A model generated the notes under the pieces. It searched no databases. It had not been told where the DNA came from and saw only the letters and a program-made list of their open reading frames with translations. From NCBI GenBank assembly GCA_023920165.1, contig CP089281.1:1178001-1242000 (forward strand): a stretch of 64,000 bases of DNA, in the 5' to 3' direction. This document shows positions 42,014-52,973 of the stretch, piece by piece (position 1 is the stretch's first letter; each line of letters begins with the position of its first letter). A program made the position numbers and the translations under genes. This stretch comes from Curvularia clavata. Lineage: Eukaryota.

Positions 42014-43130
42014 ATTTTACCGTTAAAAGTAAAGCAAGTATATATACGAAAATCGCGGAGAATAATAAGGTCGTAGGGTTCGTTCGTGCAGTGGCCTCCC
42101 AGAAGCAAACTGCTATTACAACGCGACAAAAAGAAAACAACAAATATACAAAAGCGAACCAGCGGAAGCCGTTGAGCGGTTTGAACATCCGATCTTGCGT
42201 CTTTCCATCGTTGAATATGTAGTCGGTTGCGCCAATGTCGTGAAACCAGCCTGAGACGCAGGGGACCGTGCAGCGGATATCTGCGACGGAAACGGCTGAA
42301 CGACAAGTAGGATGCGAGCCAAGATTCAGCCAGGATAGTCTCAGCCTGAGATTAATCTAGGTATCCTGCACATCGTGGAGGCTCAAACCTCAAACTTATC
42401 TCTATTGACCTAAGCGCAAAGGGAGAAAGAGATGCACAAAGGATGAACATAGTGCAACTTTGCTTCCCCTGATCCCCATACGAGCGCATACATACATGCG
42501 CTGCTGAAGCGCATTCTGAGGAATTCCAAGAAGAAAAATAAAAAACTTTCCGAGCAAGAGACTTCCCGATCACGAGAACTTTAATCCAACCATCACAAAA
42601 AAATCTCCCAATATCAAGAGTTGACGAGGACGACAAAGTTATTACGCAAAAGTCTACGTTTCGCAGGCCAACATGGCTGATGCGCCCCCCTCCATCCATC
42701 TCGATGAGGCTGAAACACATGCAGCGTCAAGGCCGTGTCAACACGCCTTTGGTGCCCCTCTCTTTACGAAAACGTGGAGTAGGCCCTCTCACTCTTGCAC
42801 AGGCTGCCTCAGCCAAGATGTCAGGCTCGCAAAGTTAGATTGGGGATCATCGGCACGCGGTTTCTGGGCGATGTTATTGATTTTGCTCGATAAGGAGGTC
42901 CAAGTCACAGTGCATCCGACCCTTGTTCATCGTGAAGTCGGGGACGATAACGCGTCAGATGAACGACATACTGGTGGTATCAGGCGCCGACAGCAGAGTT
43001 TAGATGATGACGCGGTGGTTGCTTTTTTTCTTCAGCTCGCTCGAGGTTGACAATGATGCATATGTGTGTATGCTTGAAGAAAAGAGTAGGTGTAGTTTCA
43101 ACTCAATTCTGATAAACGTACCTACCCAAC

Positions 43131-45087
43131 TCAAACATCATACCGGTCCGATTTATGATGCACAGGCGTATAAGTAAAATATTCAAACTCGGCCACCTTT
43201 TCCGTCCCATTCATATCCGACGCCGCGACGCCTACAAACGCGCCTGTAAAACTACCATGTCTGTTCAAAGTCAGTATTCATCTCCCTTGCATACATGTAT
43301 TCGGAAGAGGAAGAAACTTACGCCTGATGCCCTCCACACTCATCACTCAAAATCGACGCATCATACACCGGCCCAATGTTCTTCAATTCCTTCTCTCCCT
43401 CAAGTGCATACTTGAACTGCAGTTCTGGGCCCCGTATACTCAGCGCGAGCCTAACTTTACCCTCTTGTGGAATTTGGACCGGGTCCGGAAACGGCATTCT
43501 GAGATTGCCATCGGGCCAGGAGGCCTCAGAGCTCATGAGGAGCAGTTCGCGTTTACCGTCAGAATGCGCGGTAACGGCTAGATAGAAGAAGTTGAAGCGG
43601 CAGTAGTAAGCTGTTAGTCCGGCAAACGTGCGCTCATCATCTGGAGCGAAATCAACGACGGTTTCGGCGTCGTAGGAGAAGTGTGTTTGACGGCGGGCTA
43701 CGAGGGCTTGTTCGAACCAGGAGCCGACGGACTCGCGGCCGATGAGTTGGAGACCCGTTTTCCCAAAACGGAAGATGCGTTCGGGTTCAGGGGTACGCAG
43801 CCATTGGAAGTCTTTGTGTAGCGTAGTTGTGCTGGTGAAGTCGTAGTGTTGAGGTGACCAGTAGGCGGTGTCGTCGCGCTCGGCGGGTAGGTCGACATAG
43901 AGAGACGGCACAGGTCCGTTTTTTACGTACAGCCAATCGTCTTTGTCCCAGTAGGCTTCTTGAATAGCGCTCTCGCGGCCCAACACGCAGCGCCGTGCCT
44001 GGGTCGTCGGCCGCCCAGTCAGATGCACCACGTATGTCTTGCCATCGGGCGTGTCGACAATATCTCCGTGACCTGCTCGCTGTAGTGCAGCCAGGGGCGC
44101 ATCTTTAGACGTAATGATGTACTTCTGCGGATGCAGTTCGTATGGACCCCAGATATCGCGCGATCGAGCAAACGTACACGCATGACCATATGCGGTGCCG
44201 CCTTCAGCAGTCAAAAGGTAGTACCAACCGTTTCTCTTGTACAAATGCGGTCCTTCAACGAGACCGAGTTCCGAACCGGGGAAGATTGTTTTCCGCGGTC
44301 CAACGAGTTTCTCTGTCTTCTCGTCCCATTGCTGCATTCTGATGCCCTGAACATGTAATGTCAGCATGCTCACTCATAAAACTCCACGGGTTTGAAAATA
44401 CTGACAGAGAAGTACTGCGGTCGCCTCCGATGATCCTGAAGCATATTGATAAACCACTTCTTCCCGTCATCATCGTGAAACAAAGACGGATCGAACCCCG
44501 ACGAATTAACATAGATAGGGTCAGACCACGGGCCCTCGATCTTATCCGCATGAACAATGTAGTTTGGGTTATCTTTGAACGAGCCGTCCTTGCGCTTGAC
44601 ATCGGTGTATACGAGCCAGAACTTTTTGCCGTCGTGGGTCAGACAGGGTGCCCAGACACCTTTTGCAGAAAGTGTTATGTCAAGATTCAGTTAAAGTTTA
44701 GCAGAGAAACATACCGCAGCTATCTGGGTCTCCACGCATATCCAACTGGCTCTTCCTTGTCAGCGGACGCGTGACAAGGTCCCAGTTGGCCAGATCCTTG
44801 GAGTGGTGAATTTGTACGCCAGGAAACCATTCAAACGTCGATGTGGCAATGTAGTACTAGGAACAGCAGGAGTTGTATTAGTTGATGCCTCGGTTGAAAT
44901 TGACTTTTTTGTCGAGTTGTGTTACTCACTGCCTCATCTCGTTAGCTTGCCATTCTTCTCTTGGAATTGACCCAAAATAAAACAATTATAAAAACAGAAA
45001 AGATGTAGACATACCATCATCTCCCACCCTCAACACGGAAGGATCCGCATTGAACCCCGGCAGAATCGGATTCCTAACCAACGGCAT
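43131..45087 (-). CDS. Intracellular GH43 beta-xylosidase/arabinofuranosidase (XynB-like); first intervening sequence is a stwintron
   Basis: [67 protein letters not shown] and C-terminal [10 protein letters not shown]; no signal peptide. Confidence 0.92.
44857..45015 (-). other. [D1,2] spliceosomal twin intron: internal 45014-44929 (86 nt); external 45015 + 44928-44857 (73 nt)
   Basis: Minus strand reads GATGAT|G|GTATGT..GCTAAC..CAG|TGAGT..ACTAAT..TAG|TACTAC; only two-step excision gives in-frame DD-YYIATS. Confidence 0.88.
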
Positions 45088-45907
45088 GTTGCTCTTTTAC
45101 TCTTTCTTCTCCCCAAGGTAAGATAAAAGTAAAATGAATTGTTAGCGAACAACGTCAGAGTAAAGCACTAGTTTTTTCCCTAGAGCGGTGCCTACAGCCC
45201 TATTATGTACTACAGCTAGGTAAAACACCAAGGCCTGAAATTTAACCGGGCGACACGCGCTTGTTCGGTTCGACTACTTTTGCCGGCGCCTGTTTTGTTT
45301 GGCCAAAATCAGTATTTCGGGGTACTCGGCGGTTTGACCGTGGTATATAGTAACCCCGCCATAGCCACCCACGTGTGAGGCAACAAGGGAAGGCGGGGCA
45401 GATACATCACGTATTCTGAGCATGCCACTTCTCTTTGCAAATGCTACGGCTCTTCAAGCTCCAAAAGGATTCTGACAAGTCACCAATGATTACATATGTG
45501 GAGCTGATCATGCCGTTTATGCCTCGGCATACCAAATACAGAAGTCCGTATTTGGCAATGTAGTCTGTAGTAGGAGTGGGGATGGACGTGGGGCAAAGGC
45601 TAAAAGGCACATAAACGTACCGTCTGTATCACCAGTATAACACACAACATACACACACAGTTCAAGAAGCTAGGACTGGTATACGCTCATTACATTATCA
45701 ACATCGTAGCGCCCGCCAGCCAAAGGAACCATCGTGAAGACAGATTGGGTATCTTTTTAAGGAACCGATGAACCTGCTACATACGACTCAGATGCCATTC
45801 CGGCCACTCAAAAAGTCTATTTGGTGTTTTGCTTGTTGCACCGAGTGTGAGGCAGACTAGCTCGAGCCGTAGCCTGTAGGGGACAAGATAGGTATGGGTA
45901 GTTAGGT

Positions 45908-47846
45908 TCAGACACTTGAGATACCTTGGTTATTTTCCTCGGCTTCCTCCGATTCCTGATGAGCAGCAGATGCGTTGTTTGATGTCTGGTCGGGGTTGGG
46001 TGTAGCAACGACGCCAGCAGGCAAAGAAAAGCCCTCTCCTTCATCGGTATCCAGTTGCATTAGGAAGGTCTCCCAGATTTCGATAAGCTAGCGCAACCGT
46101 TAGCAAAGTCTAGAAGGTTAAGGTAACGTCAAACCTACCTCCTTCTGTGCTTCTACAGCACTCTCCAGGAACGTCTCCACCCCTGATTTGAAGTCTTCCA
46201 CCTTTTCTCGTTCAAAGCGTTCAAGCTCGCTACGCATAAGACGACCCATGTCATCGAAGAGCAGTCTAGCCTGATGCACCTTGCGTTCGGCATCGGCAAC
46301 GTCTGCGCTGAGTTGGTTCAGACGATCCTGCTGTGATCTGCCTTGCCTCAGAAGCTTATCCTGAGTCGCCTTTCGCTTCTGCAGCTCTTGCTCGGCGGAA
46401 TGCCAAGAGTGGTAGGCCTTTTGTCGCTGCTGGAACGCGGTCTTTACGGAGCCGATCAACCGTATGTACTCGTCAATCACAATGCCCATAGTGAGAACGT
46501 CCTGCTGGGCCTGGCGTTCGTAGAGTTCACGGATGCGGATTTGGATGTCGGAGAGGCTGTCGAGGGGACCGGATAGGGCAGGCGACAACTCCACAGCAGA
46601 CAAAGAATGCAGAGAAGCTGAAAAGTCACCACAAGCTTCAGCTAAACCCTTTCGCTGAGATACAACGGTGTCAGTCGCCTTGAGAAGAGCCTTGAGCTGT
46701 GCTTCAAGCGCATCGAGATAGATTCTTCGGTCGTGGAACCACTACAACGACTGTCAGTATAGAAGTAAGAAAACATAGACTAGCAACGTACATCGTCATG
46801 CTCGATGAACTTGCCGGTACTGCTACCAAGCATGGAGCCAAACATGCCCTTGCTCTCGCCCAGGCCGGGATCTTTGCGTTCCTTGTTCTTGATGTCCATG
46901 TTGAAAGCCTCGCTTTCGAGGAACAGCTTCAAGTCGCTGTCATGCTGCAGTACAGGATGAGCCGCTGACTTGTTGAGCATGCGCTCCAGGGCGGCGCGCC
47001 GAGATTCGACAAAGTCGGCATCGAAGCGACCAACAGCCTGTTTTTCTGGAGGCGGGGGGATGATGACACCAGGGTTATTGTTGTGCAGCTGGTTGTACAG
47101 CCAGAGGAAGTCGCGGTAGCGGCGCGAGACTGTGAATTCCGGATTGCGGTAGCCCTTGGAGGTCGTCTTGGTCGTGACCGAGTACTCAGTGTGGGAGCTG
47201 GTCAGGTCGCCAACCTTGTGGGGGTCGCCTACGGAGATTGAAAAGGATGGCTTCGCCGCCTGCTCGACGCTGACGCTTGGTTGTGTCTGGCGCTGGGGCA
47301 CGGGGTGGGAGGGAGCCTGGACGGGAGGAGGTATCCTCGCCCCTTGGGAGGCCCGCAGCTGCTCGTCATCATTGTCGTCTAGATCAACCGAGTCCATCAT
47401 GCCGCGCAACGAGGAGGCCGAAGAAGCACCCGCTGCTGGCCGGGCACCGCGCGATGCCGCAGCCGCCGCCTCCTTCTGGGGAGGCGCTGGGGCAGTTATC
47501 TCGGGGCCTAGTTCTGGGGTAGATGCTCCCAGTGGGCCCAGAGGATCCTCGACGGCCTCGAGCTTGGTCGACTGAACACCATGGGGTCGCCGTCGGGGGC
47601 CGCGGCCTGCCGGAGATCGAGGCGCGGAGGCAGCAGAGGGAGTAGCATCGGCGGTAAGCTTGTTTGTGGGTGCGGATGAGTCTGTGTCGGGGGCATCATC
47701 GTGGCCCAGCTGCTTCGAGGCACCCGGCGCAGGGCTCGATTGTGAGGGCACATCTGCAAGGCATGTCAGTCTGGCGCGGAGTAGCAAGCGGGAGAGAGTT
47801 GGCATTTACCGCCCCATGGAGAGCTTTCTGCGTCGCCCAGATCCAT
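45908..47846 (-). CDS. VPS5: Sorting nexin Vps5 (PX-BAR, retromer); 4 exons
   Basis: PX motifs VGDPHKVGDLTSSH, VSRRYRDFLWL and PPPPEKQAVGRF; BAR end FKSGVETFLESAVEAQKELIEIWETF. Confidence 0.93.
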
Positions 47847-48110
47847 TGGCGCAGTCGAGAGATGTAAGGGAGGGGGGGTTGTGAGTTTGTCGTTGTTAGC
47901 AGTCGTTGGAGCATGTCGCATTCGGCTACCTATGACATACAGGTTCCACTAGCCGCCAATGGCCCGACCTTACCCTAGCTGTCTGCTACGGAATCTACAC
48001 ATCTCCATGTACATTTACTCGACATCTTCTTATTCATCCGAACACAATTACTCATCTACAGAATATGTATCCGCCTTTGGGCCTAATTACAGTACCGCCC
48101 AACCGTCCTC

Positions 48111-48936
48111 TCACATACTGGGTCCGCCCAGACTCGCCTTGCCATGCTCACAAGTATAGCACACCTTCCCATCCATCGAGCCCAGCCTCATCATCCCCAT
48201 CGTCAGTCCCATGCGCTGACCCAGATGCACAACCCAGCTTTCCACAAAGATAGTGGAACCTATCGGCGCTGGTCTCAAATACGTGCAGTTGACTTTGGAC
48301 GCACCAACAGTTAGCAACATTCTCTGACCTGACTCGGAAAAGCCAACACTTGATATCAAACTTGCAGACGCAAAAGGCGATCGGCACTTACTACCAATGC
48401 ATTAGTAAGACTCATAATCCTGTGCTCATTCACAAACCTACCGATTCCTTGAAACATGCCCCGTATCCCAGAACCCCTCGCGGATACACGGGGAAATAGT
48501 CAACGAGGTGACGAGATCAAATATCATGGCCACCGCGCCACCATGCAGCGTCGCATTCATATTGCACAGTTCTTCCGGCACCACGAAGCTAAACACTGTG
48601 CGGCAATCATGCGGATTGCCCTTTGAAGGATTGTACGTGACCGACTCGAGTTTGAGAATCTTGCACAAGATGGCGTCGTGGCCCTAAAAACACACAACAC
48701 GCCAGCTATTAGAGTTTGTTGAAATGTCGCATAGAAGAGGGCAGACATGCTTGGTATTCCAGTGACGACATCATATTAAACTGTTATTTGGCACACGAGA
48801 GGGGCACATGTCAGCAGGGTTTCATGGGCGTGCGTAGAGACATAGTGGTACCAACCCAGTGCGCGACTTTATCGTACGGAGAATCGGATAGGTTGTAGAT
48901 CAACTTGGGTGCTTTCTTTTCCTCTGAATCACTCAT
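48111..48936 (-). CDS. PaaI/hotdog-fold acyl-CoA thioesterase (ACOT13-like); exons 48936-48856, 48780-48751, 48683-48443, 48292-48111
   Basis: LCNMNATLHGGAVAMIFD and spliced GHVSRNLNCTYLRPAP; the model needs a GTTGGT intron, a GC-AG intron and a stwintron. Confidence 0.85.
48293..48442 (-). other. [D1,2] spliceosomal twin intron: internal 48441-48391 (51 nt); external 48442 + 48390-48293 (99 nt)
   Basis: Minus strand reads AATC|G|GTAGGT..ACTAAT..TAG|TAAGT..GCTAAC..AAG|TCAACTGC; internal excision recreates a perfect GTAAGT donor and gives N-L-N-C-T-Y-L-R-P. Confidence 0.88.
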
Positions 48937-49212
48937 CTTGGGCAACAAATAAATCCTGTAATATTCTAGAGAAACAATAAGAATGAACGAGTTTTGTAAC
49001 GCGTATAAGCAGTAGGCGGCGTGGCCTGGGGGCGAGTCGCATACCATATAGTCGTGACGGACCTCGGCATGGGGTAGTGGCTAGCGACGTAACGCTAAAC
49101 CCAATTCACCCCCTCCATCAGAAATTCCAAAGATACTAGCATCTCAACCCAACTTTCAATTCAACCTCCGCATTTCCCATAAAACGCACCCTCATACAAG
49201 TGCACGTTCAAA

Positions 49213-49887
49213 ATGGACACCACGCTCCCGCTCCGGCACCTCCTGCGCCTGCCGCCCTCCCACCGTACCGCGCTCTTCCAGTCCACCACCCACCCACACA
49301 TGCTCACCTGCACGCGCTCCCTCTCCACGCCTCGCATCCTGCGCCCCTCCTTCTGGGCCTCCATGATCCCCAAGCCCTTGAAATCCCTCCCAGACACACC
49401 GCGCAGAAAAGACTGGAATCCAGCAACACCGTACATTATCCTGGGCCTACTTGTCGGCAGTCAAGCGATCCAGATTCTCTGGCTGAAGCAGGAGAGGGGT
49501 CATGAGGTGCGCAGGGCAGAAGCGCAGATAGGAGTCTTGAGGGAAGTGATTGAGAGGGTTCAGAGGGGGGAGAAGGTAGATGTTGAGGGTCTACTAGGAA
49601 CGGGGAGGGAGGGGGAGGAGGGGTGGGGAAAGGGTAAGTTATTTTCCTTGCCTATTTTTGATGTGTTTTTTAGGTTGGGGAGATACTGACGTGTGGGCAT
49701 AGTTTTGAGAGACATGCAAGATGAAGAGGCGCTATTCCAGAGTAAGAAGAAGAGGAGGGCGATAAGGGAGGCGGCGTTGAAGGAGGAAGAAGAAGCTGCC
49801 AGTCAGAAGAAAGAAGGCGGCAGTCAAGACGCTGTTCGCAGAGCGAAGATGCAAGTTGAGAGTGTGGGCGGAGTGAAATTTTATTAA
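49213..49887 (+). CDS. Hypothetical single-TM protein, possibly mitochondrial; 2 exons
   Basis: Basic N-terminus, WNPATPYIILGLLVGSQAIQIL TM segment and LREVIERVQRGEKVDVE; intron GTAAGT..ACTGAC..TAG at ~49633-49702. Confidence 0.7.
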
Positions 49888-50221
49888 AAACAACCCCGAA
49901 CCCTGAGAACTGAGAACTGAGGAATACCCAAACATCGCATAGAAGAGAAGAATACGTGAACGTAGGGAAAACTTGCTTTCAGAGAAGAGGAGGAAATGCT
50001 CATTGCGCAGGGGGTATCTATCGTTACACCGTGTCGTCGTGAAAAATAAAATCTCCCACGGAACCAGCCGTCAGACGGAGAGGGTAATGAGGATATCGAA
50101 AAAAACAGCAAGAAAGAAACAAAGACCACCAGCGCCTGTCCCATCTGAAAAGGTCCATCCTCAGAAGACAGTCTGTTACCGTCATCATCACGACCACCCT
50201 GCCCGTCGCTCACCAGCAGGC

Positions 50222-51373
50222 TCAAGCCTGAGCCTCTGGGCTGTCTCCATCCTCTTCGTCCGCCCGGCCCTTGGCCTCCAGCTCCTTGGCGACCTTAAGC
50301 CGGCGACCCTTCTTCTCGTTGCCCACGTCGTTGGAGCTCTTGGTGGCGCCCCTGCCAGTTGGATTGTCCACTAGCAGCGCAAGCGTGACTCCGCCGCGAA
50401 CGGCATCGTCGACCATGGCCTTCTTGGTCCTCAGCAGCTCGCAAATGAGCGAGAGCCGGAGCTCAAGAGAATCTGCGGCCTTGTCGGAATTCTTGCCGCG
50501 GACCGCATGCTTGCGGTAGAGGAGGGGTCGGCACCAACCGTCCTCATGGACTTGAACCGCCTTGTCGAAGATGTGGTGTGCGGCGGCTTCGAGGTCAAGC
50601 GGCTCAAAGGCTTGCAGCGCCGTGATACGCTGACGGTGGATCGAGTCCTTTCCGTCAGAGATCTCGGAGACGTCGACCATGGCCTCGTAGAGGCGTCGGA
50701 CCCAGAAAGCGCCTAGAGAATGAGAGTTAGCTTGTTATTTAGTCAAGGCATACAGCAGGTAAAACTTACGTCCAAACTTCTTCACCCGCTGGGTATCAGC
50801 GGCTCGCTTGGCACCGACGCGTGAGCGGTGTCGATGTCGCCTTGCGGCCTCGCTACTGGTGAACTCGCCAAAGTATGCTCCGTAGTGCTTGCTACGGACT
50901 TTGGCCTCCGCCGGGGGGATAAGGCTCTCGTCGAGCTTGGGACGGTAGTTGTTTTCCGTCACGTTGATCTCGTCGATGGTGCTGGCAGCGCCCAGCGGAG
51001 AAGAAGTGGGAGCGGGCGCCTGAACCGCACGAGGACGACGAGCCTTTTTTGACACTCCAGCTGGTGCTGGAGCTGTCACTTTGGCAACAGTCGTCTTTGC
51101 CTGGGGTTGTCCTGGAGTTGGAGCTGGTGCCTCTGGCACCGAAGTGGTGGTTTGAGCCATCTCCGCCTCCTTGGCGACATCTTCCCACTCTGGTCGTGGT
51201 GGGTAAGGGGCCTCGAAAGGGCCCGGCAGAGTGTTGGCGACCATGTAGGTGCCACAGTCGACTTGAGGAGATCGCAAGAACGCATTCAGCTCCGCTGCGA
51301 GCTGTGCTGCAAAAACGGGATCGTGTGGCAGATTCCGGCCCTCGTCAGCAATGGTACCATCGTGAGACGCCAT
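50222..51373 (-). CDS. Hypothetical protein; 2 exons
   Basis: Two ORFs joined in frame by intron GTAAGT..GCTAAC..TAG (KKFGR|AFWVRRLYEAMVD); coding-like codon usage. Confidence 0.65.
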
Positions 51374-52973
51374 GAGGATGATGAGGAGAGGAGTAGGAAA
51401 GAAAAGGGTGAAGGAGGCTTTCGAGAGACGAGACCAGCGTCTGAAGAAGTAGGTATGGTGGTGAATTGGAATGGGAACCAACGTCCAGCGTTGAAGTCCT
51501 AAGAAGCTTAGGAAGATATGAAAGCTGAAGAAGATATGAAAACTTGACTCAAGGAAATGGTTGATCGCTTATGTGATAGACAGCGACAAGGAGAGAAGAG
51601 AAGAGGAATAGAAGTTGTACCCAAGCTACCTAGATATACCTATCCCTATCCCCCCTCTCTCTTGGCGTCCCACTCCTCTCCCATACTGCTGTCCTATTGT
51701 GCCCTGGACGGAGCAAACAATTGTATTCTGCTCTTATTGTCTTCATCTTGAGCGAGTTTGAACTGTGTGGCCAATAGCGGCCGTTTGGTGTTGTAGCTGT
51801 GGGTCTGGCGTAGCGGTTTTGGTGCGGGCGCGGCCGTTTGGCACCACTAAAAGTGAAAAGTAGTACAAGTGTAGTTGAGAGAGCGCATTGTGCAAGATGA
51901 GGTGAGGCGGACAGCGAGGGCGTATATTGTTCGCTAAATAGAGGAGGGATGTTTAGTATAGTGGACTATTGTCCAGGAGAAGGACGGAAAACACTGTTGT
52001 GTATGTATATTGAAGACATACTGTTGGTTGAACAGAGATGAGAATGAGGTGTGGACCGTTTGGACCGTTTGTTACAGTGGGCTTTTGTTCAAGAGGACGG
52101 ACAATGCCATCATATGCGTAGTAGAATGGGTTTGTGCATGCATATTTTATGCTGGACAGAGCAGAGAGAGGAAGCAGTCAGATCATTGGGATAGAAAGTG
52201 GCGGAGTTTGGAGAAAAAGAGGAGGCGCCAGCGTAATTGAGATGACATATTGTCCAAGACGTAAGACGGCTATCCTGTCCAGCGTAGGATAGATCAGTAC
52301 GCACGTATGCAAGCTGAATGGACTAGAGAGAGAGAAAACAGACGGGCTTTTGGGTGGATGTGGGAGATATGTCATGTAGAGTTTACAAGAGGAGAAGAGC
52401 ACGAGGAGTTAACTTGCAACCTTATGCCCATGAGGCTTTGTCTACAGAACGAGGATACTAAAAAGCAGCAATAGACATACGCACTTTCCACTAGGCTCGT
52501 AATACACATTAGGAATCTCTCTCTGACGACCGACTTGAGTCTACAAAAGTCATCATCTGCGGGCATGAACAAACGCGCGCGCAACAGCAGGGCAGTTGGT
52601 ACATGATATATGTATACTAACCGAAAAGGAAAATCAAAAAACACAAAAAGTGAGCTGGCCTCCTAAGCTGCTCGGACCCCCTCCTAGAACCCCAGTGTAC
52701 ACTAAATAAACCCAAAAAAACAAAAAGCCCGCAATGGCAAAGGTCCGCAATCATCAAGAATAGACAAACATGAGGTTGCAAGTTGGAGAAGGCAAAATGG
52801 TATAAAACAGAGAAAGGTTTCTCCCCATTGAGCATGTGGTGACGGAGAAACATAAAATATACTGCAGTTGAATTTGACGCCAAATGGGTTACCCTGAGTA
52901 GTTCCAATTCTGCCAGTAGACGGAAAAGAGGAAAGAATCTGCCGTGCAAACCTCAAATGCACCTTTGTGGGTA

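Noticed and set aside
45510..45555. Two adjacent short hairpins (6-bp and 8-bp stems) between the GH43 gene and VPS5
   Set aside because: Short stems are expected by chance in 64 kb, and no snoRNA boxes or tRNA features were identified.
4571..48295. Four AAG 3' splice sites (SET gene, chitinase intron 3, GH43 intron after exon 2, thioesterase external intron)
   Set aside because: AAG is a known minor acceptor in fungi, and the sample is too small to claim enrichment.
44857..48442. Pseudogene or frameshift interpretation of the GH43 and thioesterase genes
   Set aside because: The apparent +1 frameshifts are resolved exactly by nested introns with full splice signals, and the rest of both ORFs is intact.
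51374..52973. 1.6-kb intergenic region with short direct repeats (gaagatatgaaa x2, tggaccgtt x2)
   Set aside because: No TIR/LTR, transposase remnant or regularly spaced array; not a mobile element or CRISPR.
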